Assembly: GCA_017411805.1 (NCBI GenBank)
Contig: JAFQPI010000005.1
Coordinates: 1,538-65,537, forward strand
Direction of reading: 5' to 3'
Source of the DNA: Clostridia bacterium
Lineage (GTDB): Bacteria > Bacillota > Clostridia > Oscillospirales > CAG-272
DNA length: 64,000 bases
Position numbers and translations under genes: made by a program. Positions within the stretch are counted from its first letter, which is position 1. Every line of letters begins with the position of its first letter. Shown here one piece after another: positions 49,394 through 57,078 of this stretch. The notes beneath the pieces are model-generated. The model saw only the letters and a list, made by a program, of their open reading frames with translations, ran no database searches and was not told where the DNA came from.

Positions 49394-50397
49394 TGCGCAA
49401 TCTGACCTTTAAGTCCGCTTGCAGAAGTCTTTATGAGCTTTCGCGACGCGGCAATCTCGCGCTTCTCGTTCACGCGCGTCCCGACGGCGACTGCATCGGA
49501 TCGGCTTATGCCACAGCCGTGCTCCTCGCTTCGGTCGGTTGCCGCGCGCACGTCGTATGCGCAGATCCACTCCCCGCAAGGCTCCGCTTCATAGCGGAAA
49601 GCGCGGGCTTTGATCCCGAGATCACGGTAGATAAGCTCCCCGAGGAATTCCTTCCCGGCAACGTGAGCGCGGTCGCCCTTGATATTGCGGCGGCAACACA
49701 GCTCGGAAGCCTTGAGGGCAGATACGATATTGCTCTCTCCTTCGACCACCACGCGCGTTCGACGCCCTTTTCCGACCGCTATCTCTCGGCAGATGCCTCG
49801 GCAACAGGCGAGATCGTCTGGCGCATAGCACGCGAGTGGATCAGAATGGGATACATCGACTATATTCCCTCGGCTGTCGCGCCCGCGGTTTACGCCGCGA
49901 TCAGCTCGGACACAGGCTGCTTCCGTTACTCGAACGTCACTCCCGCCACACACAGAACGGCGGCGCAGCTCATCTCGCTCATTCCCTCGCACGCCGAGAT
50001 CGACCGTCTCCTCTTTGAAACGAAAACCCCGGGAAGACTTGCCGCGGAAAAAGCCGCGCTCGAGCTTCTCAGCTTCGCCTCGAACGGCAAGATAGCCGTG
50101 TGCTCGATCTCTCTTGATCAGATCGCATCGCACGGACTCGCCTCCGAGGATCTCGATGCACTCATCGACATCGCGCGCTCTGTCGCGGGAGTTGAGATCG
50201 CCTTCTCGATCCGCGAGGAAGCGGAGGGGCTCTACCGTGTTTCCGCACGCTCAAACTCAAACGTTGACGTCTCTTCGCTCTGCGCGTATTTCGGCGGCGG
50301 CGGACACGTAAAGGCGGCGGGCTGTACAGTTTCCGCCGATACCCTCGAAAAAGCAAAAGAAATCATACTCGGACGCGCGGAACGCCTCGTATCCTGA
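49393..50397 (+). CDS. DHH/DHHA1 phosphoesterase (NrnA-like)
   Basis: 334 aa. Motifs HARPDGDCIGS, FDHH and GGGGHVKAAG. ATGA-type coupling to rbfA, as is common in Firmicutes. Confidence 0.75.
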   Translation: MRNLTFKSACRSLYELSRRGNLALLVHARPDGDCIGSAYATAVLLASVGCRAHVVCADPLPARLRFIAESAGFDPEITVDKLPEEFLPGNVSAVALDIAAATQLGSLEGRYDIALSFDHHARSTPFSDRYLSADASATGEIVWRIAREWIRMGYIDYIPSAVAPAVYAAISSDTGCFRYSNVTPATHRTAAQLISLIPSHAEIDRLLFETKTPGRLAAEKAALELLSFASNGKIAVCSISLDQIASHGLASEDLDALIDIARSVAGVEIAFSIREEAEGLYRVSARSNSNVDVSSLCAYFGGGGHVKAAGCTVSADTLEKAKEIILGRAERLVS

Positions 50398-50416
50398 CCG
50401 TTCCGAAGGGGGAAAG

Positions 50417-51121
50417 ATGTCAAAAGGAAATAAATATTTCACGACGCGAAGACTATTGGCTCTCTTCTCCGCGCTCGTCATCCTATCCCTCGCCGCTCTC
50501 ATTACTTATTTACTCTGGGGCAGGATATCTTCGGTCGCCTCATCCCCGCAAGCTCTGCGCGATCTGATCCTATCGTACGGCGCCGCTTCATACGCCGTCG
50601 GGCTCGGTCTGCAGATACTGCAGGTCTTCGTCGCGCTCCTTCCCGGTGAGCTTATCGAGCTCGCGCTCGGATACGCCTTCGGTTTTTTCGGAGGCACCTT
50701 GATCTGCCTTTGCGGTATCGCAGCGGCAACGATCCCCGTATTTCTTTTGACCAAAAAGCTCGGCATGCGCTTCGTCCTGATATTCTTCGAACGCGAAAAG
50801 CTTGAGAATCTTTCATTTATTAAGGATGAACATCGGCTGAAAAGGCTCGTGTTCCTTCTCTTTTTCATCCCCGGAACGCCCAAAGATCTGCTCACCTATT
50901 TTGTCGGGCTCACGCCGCTGAAGCTCAGTGAATTTCTCCTCTTAACGCTTACCGCACGAATCCCCTCGATCGTCACGTCGACCGCAAGCGGCTACTTCTT
51001 TGCCGAGGGAGATTATCTCACGTCGGCGATCATCTTTGCCGTCACGGGCGCGCTCTCGATTTTCGGCCTTTGGATCTATAAGCGCATCACGACTCGCATC
51101 AAGTCCAAAAAAGATAATTAA
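50417..51121 (+). CDS. TVP38/TMEM64 (DedA-related) family membrane protein
   Basis: 234 aa, polytopic, with LLPGELIELALGYAFGFFGG and IPGTPKDLLTYFVGLT motifs. Confidence 0.7.
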   Translation: MSKGNKYFTTRRLLALFSALVILSLAALITYLLWGRISSVASSPQALRDLILSYGAASYAVGLGLQILQVFVALLPGELIELALGYAFGFFGGTLICLCGIAAATIPVFLLTKKLGMRFVLIFFEREKLENLSFIKDEHRLKRLVFLLFFIPGTPKDLLTYFVGLTPLKLSEFLLLTLTARIPSIVTSTASGYFFAEGDYLTSAIIFAVTGALSIFGLWIYKRITTRIKSKKDN

Positions 51122-51218
51122 ATATTCCGTTTTTGGAATTTTTTTGGTATTCGCTCGATTTATAAATCGGCGGATACCTCTTTTTTTCCGCTTTTGGAAT
51201 TTTTCTTTCAAAAAGTAC

Positions 51219-51247
51219 TTGACAAAAGGGCAAGATAGTTGTATAAT
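51219..51247 (+). promoter_or_regulatory. sigma-A promoter of recA
   Basis: TTGACA (51219-51224), 17-nt spacer, TATAAT (51242-51247). Confidence 0.6.
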
Positions 51248-51291
51248 GTAATAAAAGAATTCCAAATTTCGTTTTTTATGAGGTAATTAAA

Positions 51292-52386
51292 ATGGCAGCA
51301 AAGAAAAACACAGCGGCACTTCCCGCAGACGGCGACGCAAAAAAGAAAGCACTGCAGACCGCTATCTCGCAGATCGAGCGTGATTTCGGCGCGGGCGCGG
51401 TTATGCGGCTCGGAGAAAACGCGCATATGGAGGTGCAGGCGATCCACACAGGCTCGATCTCGCTCGATATGGCTCTCGGAATCGGCGGACTTCCCCGCGG
51501 AAGAATCGTCGAGATCTACGGTCCCGAATCCTCGGGTAAGACAACCGTTGCGCTCCACGTCGTAGCAGAAGTTCAGAAGACAGGCGGCGAAGCCGCATTC
51601 ATCGACGCCGAGCACGCGCTCGATCCGGTTTACGCCAAGGCTCTCGGCGTTGACATAGACAATCTTCTCGTTTCTCAGCCCGACTGCGGAGAGGATGCTC
51701 TCGAGATCACCGAATCGCTCGTTCGCTCGGGCGCTGTCGACATCGTCGTCATCGACTCGGTTGCCGCACTCGTTCCTCGTCAGGAGCTCGAGGGCGATAT
51801 GGGCTCATCGCAGGTGGGCGTTCAGGCAAGACTTATGTCGCAGGCTATGCGCAAGCTTTCCGCCGCGATCTCGAAGTCGAACTGCCTTGTAATTTTCATC
51901 AACCAGCTCCGTGAAAAGGTCGGAGTTATGTATGGCAACCCCGAGGTCACAACGGGCGGCCGTGCGCTTAAATTCTACGCATCGGTCAGAATCGACGTCC
52001 GCAAGTCGGAGCAGCTTAAGACAGGTAACGACATCTACGGCAACCGCGTAAAGTGCAAGGTCGTAAAGAATAAGGTCGCTCCCCCCTTCCGCACCGCTGA
52101 ATTTGACATTCTCTACGGCAAGGGAATCTCCCGCGCAAGCGAGATCGTTGATATGGGCGTGACTCTTGAAGTAATCCAGAAGAGCGGTTCGTGGTTCTCT
52201 TATAACGGCGAGCGCATCGGCCAAGGACGCGACAATGCAAGAAAGACGATCGAAAGCGATCCCGCGCTCTTTGCAGAGATCGAGGCAAAGATCCGTTCCA
52301 TGAGCGACAAGCTTGCGGACGAGGATGCCGCAGATTTCGAGCTTGACGACGACGATCTCGATATCGATCTTCTCGGCGACCTTTGA
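51292..52386 (+). CDS. recA: recombinase RecA
   Basis: 364 aa. [14 protein letters not shown], Walker [10 protein letters not shown], and the [22 protein letters not shown] loop. Confidence 0.97.
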   Translation: MAAKKNTAALPADGDAKKKALQTAISQIERDFGAGAVMRLGENAHMEVQAIHTGSISLDMALGIGGLPRGRIVEIYGPESSGKTTVALHVVAEVQKTGGEAAFIDAEHALDPVYAKALGVDIDNLLVSQPDCGEDALEITESLVRSGAVDIVVIDSVAALVPRQELEGDMGSSQVGVQARLMSQAMRKLSAAISKSNCLVIFINQLREKVGVMYGNPEVTTGGRALKFYASVRIDVRKSEQLKTGNDIYGNRVKCKVVKNKVAPPFRTAEFDILYGKGISRASEIVDMGVTLEVIQKSGSWFSYNGERIGQGRDNARKTIESDPALFAEIEAKIRSMSDKLADEDAADFELDDDDLDIDLLGDL

Positions 52387-53000
52387 TGATGAAGATCATT
52401 TCTCTCCGCGCCTCGGACGGCGGCGGGGCGATGCGGATCGACGTCAAGCGTGACGGAGAGAAAAAAAGCGAGGCTTTCTATATTCTCTCTTCACATTTCA
52501 GAGAATACGAATTCTCAAAGGGCGAATACCCCGACGAAGCTTATGACGTTCTTTCACGCCTCGACGCGATCTGCCGAGGTGTCAAATGCGGCAGGAGGAT
52601 ACTCGGATACGGCGCAAATTCTGCGTCGGCTCTGCGCATGAAGCTTATAGGCAAGGGTATCAGACCCGAATACACCGATGAGGTGATCGAGATCCTTTCC
52701 TCCGAGATAGGGCTCGACGAAACACGCGACGCGATGCGGCTTTGCGAGCTTCAGATCTCAAAAAATACCGGCGCGCGGCGTATCCTTGCATACCTCAAAG
52801 GCAGAGGCTATTCGGACAGCGCACTTGAGGAGGTCAAGGAGTACCTTTCGGAGATAGATTTTACCCCTATCTGCCGCAACTCTATGATGAAAAAATACGG
52901 CGAGATCCCCGCGGATCTCGACCGAAGAAAAAAATGCATCGACTATCTTTTGCGTCAAGGATTCTCATACAACGATATCAAGCGTGCTTTTGAGGAATGA
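52386..53000 (+). CDS. recX: RecX-like regulatory protein
   Basis: About 204 aa, overlapping the recA stop. Repeated three-helix-like segments (LRMKLIGKGIRPEYTDEVIEIL; LAYLKGRGYSDSALEEV; IDYLLRQGFSYNDIKRAF). The call rests on position and repeat pattern. Confidence 0.6.
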   Translation: MMKIISLRASDGGGAMRIDVKRDGEKKSEAFYILSSHFREYEFSKGEYPDEAYDVLSRLDAICRGVKCGRRILGYGANSASALRMKLIGKGIRPEYTDEVIEILSSEIGLDETRDAMRLCELQISKNTGARRILAYLKGRGYSDSALEEVKEYLSEIDFTPICRNSMMKKYGEIPADLDRRKKCIDYLLRQGFSYNDIKRAFEE

Positions 53001-53020
53001 CGCACATACGGTGATATAAC

Positions 53021-55168
53021 ATGCCAAGAAAAAACAATGCGGGAGCGGGAGCCGTCAGTCTTTCCTCTCCCGTCACCGTTCTTTCGGGAGTCGGTCCCGC
53101 AAAAGCGGCTGCATATGCCAAGGCGGGTATCGAAACGCTCGAAGACCTGCTTTTGCACATCCCTCGCAATTATGAAAACCGAGGCGACGTCCGTCTTCTC
53201 TCGGATGCTCGCACAGACGGAGGCAAAACCGCCGTCATACTGACTATCGCAACCGCACCGCAGGCGGCAAGACTCAAAGGAAAAATGACCGTCGTAAAGT
53301 TCCGTGCCTTTGACGAAAGCGGTTCTTGCGAGCTTGTCTTCTTTAATATGCCTTTCCTGCGCCAGGTCTTCACTGTAGGATCCGAGTGGCGCTTTTTCGG
53401 CGTTGTTGAGCGCATTCAAAAGCGCACGATGACGACCTATAAGCTCACCTCCCCCGCATACGAGCCCTATACGGAAGGCAGGCTCCCCGATTTTACGGCA
53501 ATCTATCCTCTTTCCGAGGGACTTACCCAGAAAAATCTTGCCGCGCACGTAAGTGAGGCGATCAGGCTTTGCGGTGCGCCGGCGGATCTTCTTCCCGACG
53601 AGATACGCCGCAAGCGTGCGCTCTGCACTCTCTCCTATGCAGTACGAAACATCCATAACCCCGAGGATTATGCGGCACTTGCGGCGGCAAAACGACGCTT
53701 GATCTACGACGAATTCTTCCTGTTTTCGCTTTCAATAGCAATGCAGGGCAAACGAAAACGCGAAGGGCGCTCGTTTTCTTGTACCAAGCAAAACATTTCG
53801 CCCCTTCTCAAGCTTCTTCCCTACGAGCTGACTGCGGCTCAAAAGCGTTCGATAACCGAAATAGCCGCAGACATGAGAAAAGAAACACCCATGCGCCGTA
53901 TGCTCATCGGCGACGTTGGATGCGGCAAGACTATCGTTGCGGCATCGGCAATGCTGATCGCGATCATGAGCGGGCGACAGGCAGCACTTATGGCACCTAC
54001 CGAGATCCTTGCGCGTCAGCACTATGAAGATCTTTCCGAGCTTTTCGGCAAGCTCGGCATCGAGACCGCGCTCCTTATAGGCGCAACACCCGCCAAGGAA
54101 AAACGACGCATATACTCCGCGCTCTCTGCCGAAGACGAGTCCTCGCGCCTCCCGATCGTTATCGGAACACACGCTCTGCTTTCCGAAGGCGTGCAATTTT
54201 CCGCACTATCACTCGTCGTAACCGATGAGCAACACCGATTCGGTGTCAATCAACGAGCGGCTCTCACCGAAAAATCAAAGGGAACGCATCTGCTCTCAAT
54301 GTCGGCAACACCGATCCCTCGCTCACTCGCGCTTGTAATGTACGGCGATATCGACATCTCGCGAATCGACGAAATGCCCCCCGGCAGACAGAGAGTCGAC
54401 ACCTTCGTAGTTGACGAGGGATACCGCCCGAGGCTCATAAACTTCATCAAAAAAACCGCCTCGGAGGGCGGGCAAATATACGTCGTCTGCCCCGCCATTG
54501 AAGAAAACGACAGCGGCGAGGTCAGCCTTTACGATATAAACGACGACGGAATACGAAAAAAGCCTCCCCTGAAGGCAGCTATCAAATTTGCCGAAGAGTT
54601 GAGCGAAGCTCTGCCCGAACTTTCGGTCGCATTCCTCCACGGCAAGCTCAAGAGCGACCAAAAGGAAGCTATCATGACCTCGTTTGAATGCGGAGATATC
54701 GACATTCTCGTATCAACGACCGTAATCGAGGTCGGAGTAAACGTACCGAACGCCTCGCTTATGATAGTGGAAAACGCCGAACGATTTGGTCTTTCCCAGC
54801 TTCATCAGCTTCGCGGACGTGTCGGCAGAGGCAAAAGAAAATCCTACTGCGTTCTTGTCTCGGACGACAGCGCGGAGACAGCACGCAAGCGTCTTTCTGT
54901 AATGAAGGATAATTACGACGGATTTTCGATCGCCGAGGCAGACCTACAGGCGCGCGGTCCCGGCGACTTCCTTTCATCGAATTCCAATGAAATACGTCAG
55001 AGCGGCGGCTTGCGCTTCAGATTTGCCGATCTTTGCGGAGACGCTTCAACATTCGTCAACGCGACAGAGGATGCGCACGCTCTCCTGGATTCATCCCCTA
55101 CGCTTGACAATTATCCCCTCCTGCGCGACGCAATAAGCAAGCTCGGCGCAGGCACAAATACTGATTAA
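53021..55168 (+). CDS. recG: ATP-dependent DNA helicase RecG
   Basis: 715 aa. Wedge-domain N-terminus, helicase motif I GDVGCGKT, DEQHRFG (motif II), and QLHQLRGRVGRG (motif VI). Confidence 0.92.
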   Translation: MPRKNNAGAGAVSLSSPVTVLSGVGPAKAAAYAKAGIETLEDLLLHIPRNYENRGDVRLLSDARTDGGKTAVILTIATAPQAARLKGKMTVVKFRAFDESGSCELVFFNMPFLRQVFTVGSEWRFFGVVERIQKRTMTTYKLTSPAYEPYTEGRLPDFTAIYPLSEGLTQKNLAAHVSEAIRLCGAPADLLPDEIRRKRALCTLSYAVRNIHNPEDYAALAAAKRRLIYDEFFLFSLSIAMQGKRKREGRSFSCTKQNISPLLKLLPYELTAAQKRSITEIAADMRKETPMRRMLIGDVGCGKTIVAASAMLIAIMSGRQAALMAPTEILARQHYEDLSELFGKLGIETALLIGATPAKEKRRIYSALSAEDESSRLPIVIGTHALLSEGVQFSALSLVVTDEQHRFGVNQRAALTEKSKGTHLLSMSATPIPRSLALVMYGDIDISRIDEMPPGRQRVDTFVVDEGYRPRLINFIKKTASEGGQIYVVCPAIEENDSGEVSLYDINDDGIRKKPPLKAAIKFAEELSEALPELSVAFLHGKLKSDQKEAIMTSFECGDIDILVSTTVIEVGVNVPNASLMIVENAERFGLSQLHQLRGRVGRGKRKSYCVLVSDDSAETARKRLSVMKDNYDGFSIAEADLQARGPGDFLSSNSNEIRQSGGLRFRFADLCGDASTFVNATEDAHALLDSSPTLDNYPLLRDAISKLGAGTNTD

Positions 55169-55180
55169 GAGGTAAAAATT

Positions 55181-55789
55181 ATGGAAAAATCACGCGGAAT
55201 CATCATCCTTGACCCCGGACACGGACAGTTCGGCAACCCACATACCACCCGCGCGGGCTTCTACGAGGGCACGCAGAATTTCATCCTCTCCTCCTTCCTC
55301 AAGGCAGAGCTTGAGTCTCTCGGCTTCGACGTTCGAATGACGAGAAACAAGGTCGAGGACGACCCCGGGCTCGTTGAGCGCGGATCTATGTCGGGCGAGC
55401 TCGGAGCAGTTATGTTCCTTTCGATCCACTCGAATGCACCCGGCGGCAATCCTTCCGACGAGAGATACCCCAAGGTTCGAGGTGCTGAGACCTTCTATTC
55501 GGTTTCCGACTGCGAGGGCAATGCGCCTATCGCGCGCGACCTGACCGATGCCGTCGTCCGTACGATGGGCACTGAGGACCGCGGAATCAAGACCCGCCGC
55601 TACCCCGATAACGAGTCGATCGACTACTACGGAGTTCTCCGCTCTGCCGCCGCATCGGGCTGCAAGCGCGCCTTCCTCATCGAGCACGGCTTCCATACCA
55701 ACCCCGAGGACTCGGCGTTCTTACAGGATTCCGATTGCCTCGCGCGTTTGGCGAAGGCGGAGGCTGAGGTTATTGATAAGTGGTTCTGA
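55181..55789 (+). CDS. N-acetylmuramoyl-L-alanine amidase (Amidase_3 family)
   Basis: 202 aa. IILDPGHG, SIHSNA and IEHGFHTN zinc/catalytic motifs. Confidence 0.8.
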   Translation: MEKSRGIIILDPGHGQFGNPHTTRAGFYEGTQNFILSSFLKAELESLGFDVRMTRNKVEDDPGLVERGSMSGELGAVMFLSIHSNAPGGNPSDERYPKVRGAETFYSVSDCEGNAPIARDLTDAVVRTMGTEDRGIKTRRYPDNESIDYYGVLRSAAASGCKRAFLIEHGFHTNPEDSAFLQDSDCLARLAKAEAEVIDKWF

Positions 55790-55805
55790 CCTGCAAGATA
55801 ATTAG

Positions 55806-55869
55806 AGTGGCTAGTGGCTAGTGACTAGTGACTAGTGAATGGTAATTTTCCTCACGATGTTCGGAAAAT
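55806..55869 (+). repeat. heptad-array/hairpin element C
   Basis: AGTG at 55806, 55813, 55820, 55827 and 55834 (AGTGGCT x2, AGTGACT x2, AGTGAAT), then GGTA and the hairpin ATTTTCC-TCACGATGTTC-GGAAAAT (55845-55869). Confidence 0.85.
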
Positions 55870-55934
55870 ATTCCTATTGATAATTCAATTCGGTGTTGAT
55901 ATACCAATGTTGAGTAAAATAATTCAATATCACA

Positions 55935-55982
55935 AAAATCTCGGATATTATGAAGTTTATGCTCCATAATATCCGAGTTTTT
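55935..55982. terminator. bidirectional intrinsic terminator between amidase and trxB
   Basis: CTCGGATATTATG ... CATAATATCCGAG (55940-55977) flanked by AAAAA and TTTTTT. Confidence 0.8.
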
Positions 55983-55991
55983 TATAAAAAC

Positions 55992-56064
55992 AATTTTCGA
56001 ACGAAGTGAGAAAATTTCTACCTTCCACTAGCCACTAGTCACTAGCCACTAGCCACTAGTCACT
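55992..56064 (-). repeat. heptad-array/hairpin element D (inverted partner of C)
   Basis: Minus strand reads AGTGACT AGTGGCT AGTGGCT AGTGACT AGTGGCT AGTGGAA GGTAGA, then the hairpin AATTTTC-TCACTTCGTTC-GAAAATT. CACT lies on the plus strand at 56026, 56033, 56040, 56047, 56054 and 56061. Confidence 0.85.
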
Positions 56065-56101
56065 TTAACAACAGTCCAACGTCAGCACGAAGGAATTTTT
56101 C

Positions 56102-57025
56102 TTATTTCGACAAAGAATCCACGTACTTACAAGCCGCGAGAGCCGCGCAAGCACCGTCGGAGGTTGCGGTTGAGATCTGGCGGACGCCCTTCTTGCGGCA
56201 GTCGCCCGCGGCAAAGATTCCTCCGCAGCCCATATCGCCGTCGTCCGACGCGATCAGATAGCCATAGGGATCGATCGGCGCGAGATCCTTGAAGATCTCG
56301 GTTGCCGGTGCCATTCCAACCGCAAGGAAAACGCCGTCGAGCTTAATCTTACTGAGACCCCCCGTCTCGGTATTTCTGACCACAATACCGGTAAGATTTC
56401 CGCCTTCGGAAACGTATTCCTCAACGACCGTGTTGTAAATGATCTCTACGTTCTCCATCGACTTCAGCTCTGCCGCCGTATTCGCCTCACAGGTAAGATC
56501 GGCGAGATTCTGAACGATCGTCAGCTTTCTTGCTGTCTTCGCAAGCAGAAGCGCCTCGACAGCCGCCGAGTTTCCGCCGCCGATAACGCCAACCTCACCG
56601 CCGGCATAGAAAGCGCCGTCGCAAACCGCGCAGAAAGAAATGCCGTGACCGACAAGCTCCTCCTCGCCCGCAAGACCTAAGCGGCGATGATGCGATCCGA
56701 CCGCTACGATCACGCTTTTTGCTTTGAAATCGCCGTCGGGAGTCTCGAGTGTATAGTATTTTCCATACTTATCATATGATATCGCGGTGACCTCCGCACA
56801 TTCGATCTCCGCGCCGAGTCCGAGTGCCTGCTCGACCATCTTGTCGGCAAGCTCGTTGCCCGAGATCTCGGAAAATCCGGGGTAATTCTCGATCTTCGGC
56901 GAAAAAGTCATCTGTCCGCCAAAAGTCGATTTTTCAATTACCGTCACGCTCTTTCCCGCACGAACCGCGTAAATTGCCGCAGTCAGACCCGCAGGTCCCG
57001 CTCCGATTATAATAATATCTTTCAT
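56102..57025 (-). CDS. trxB: thioredoxin-disulfide reductase
   Basis: 307 aa. IIIIGAGPAGLTAA FAD motif, redox-active CAVCDG, and second dinucleotide motif VGVIGGGNSA. Confidence 0.92.
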   Translation of the reverse strand: MKDIIIIGAGPAGLTAAIYAVRAGKSVTVIEKSTFGGQMTFSPKIENYPGFSEISGNELADKMVEQALGLGAEIECAEVTAISYDKYGKYYTLETPDGDFKAKSVIVAVGSHHRRLGLAGEEELVGHGISFCAVCDGAFYAGGEVGVIGGGNSAAVEALLLAKTARKLTIVQNLADLTCEANTAAELKSMENVEIIYNTVVEEYVSEGGNLTGIVVRNTETGGLSKIKLDGVFLAVGMAPATEIFKDLAPIDPYGYLIASDDGDMGCGGIFAAGDCRKKGVRQISTATSDGACAALAACKYVDSLSK

Positions 57026-57078
57026 AATTTTCCTCTTAACGAAGATCGGCTGCCAAAAGCAGCCGATCTTTTATTGAT

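Noticed and set aside
51253-51270. GAATTCCAAATTTC downstream of the recA -10 was considered as a LexA/Cheo box.
   Set aside because: It lacks the conserved GAAC and GTTC cores of the CGAAC-N4-GTTCG consensus, and the resemblance is limited to AT-rich bases.
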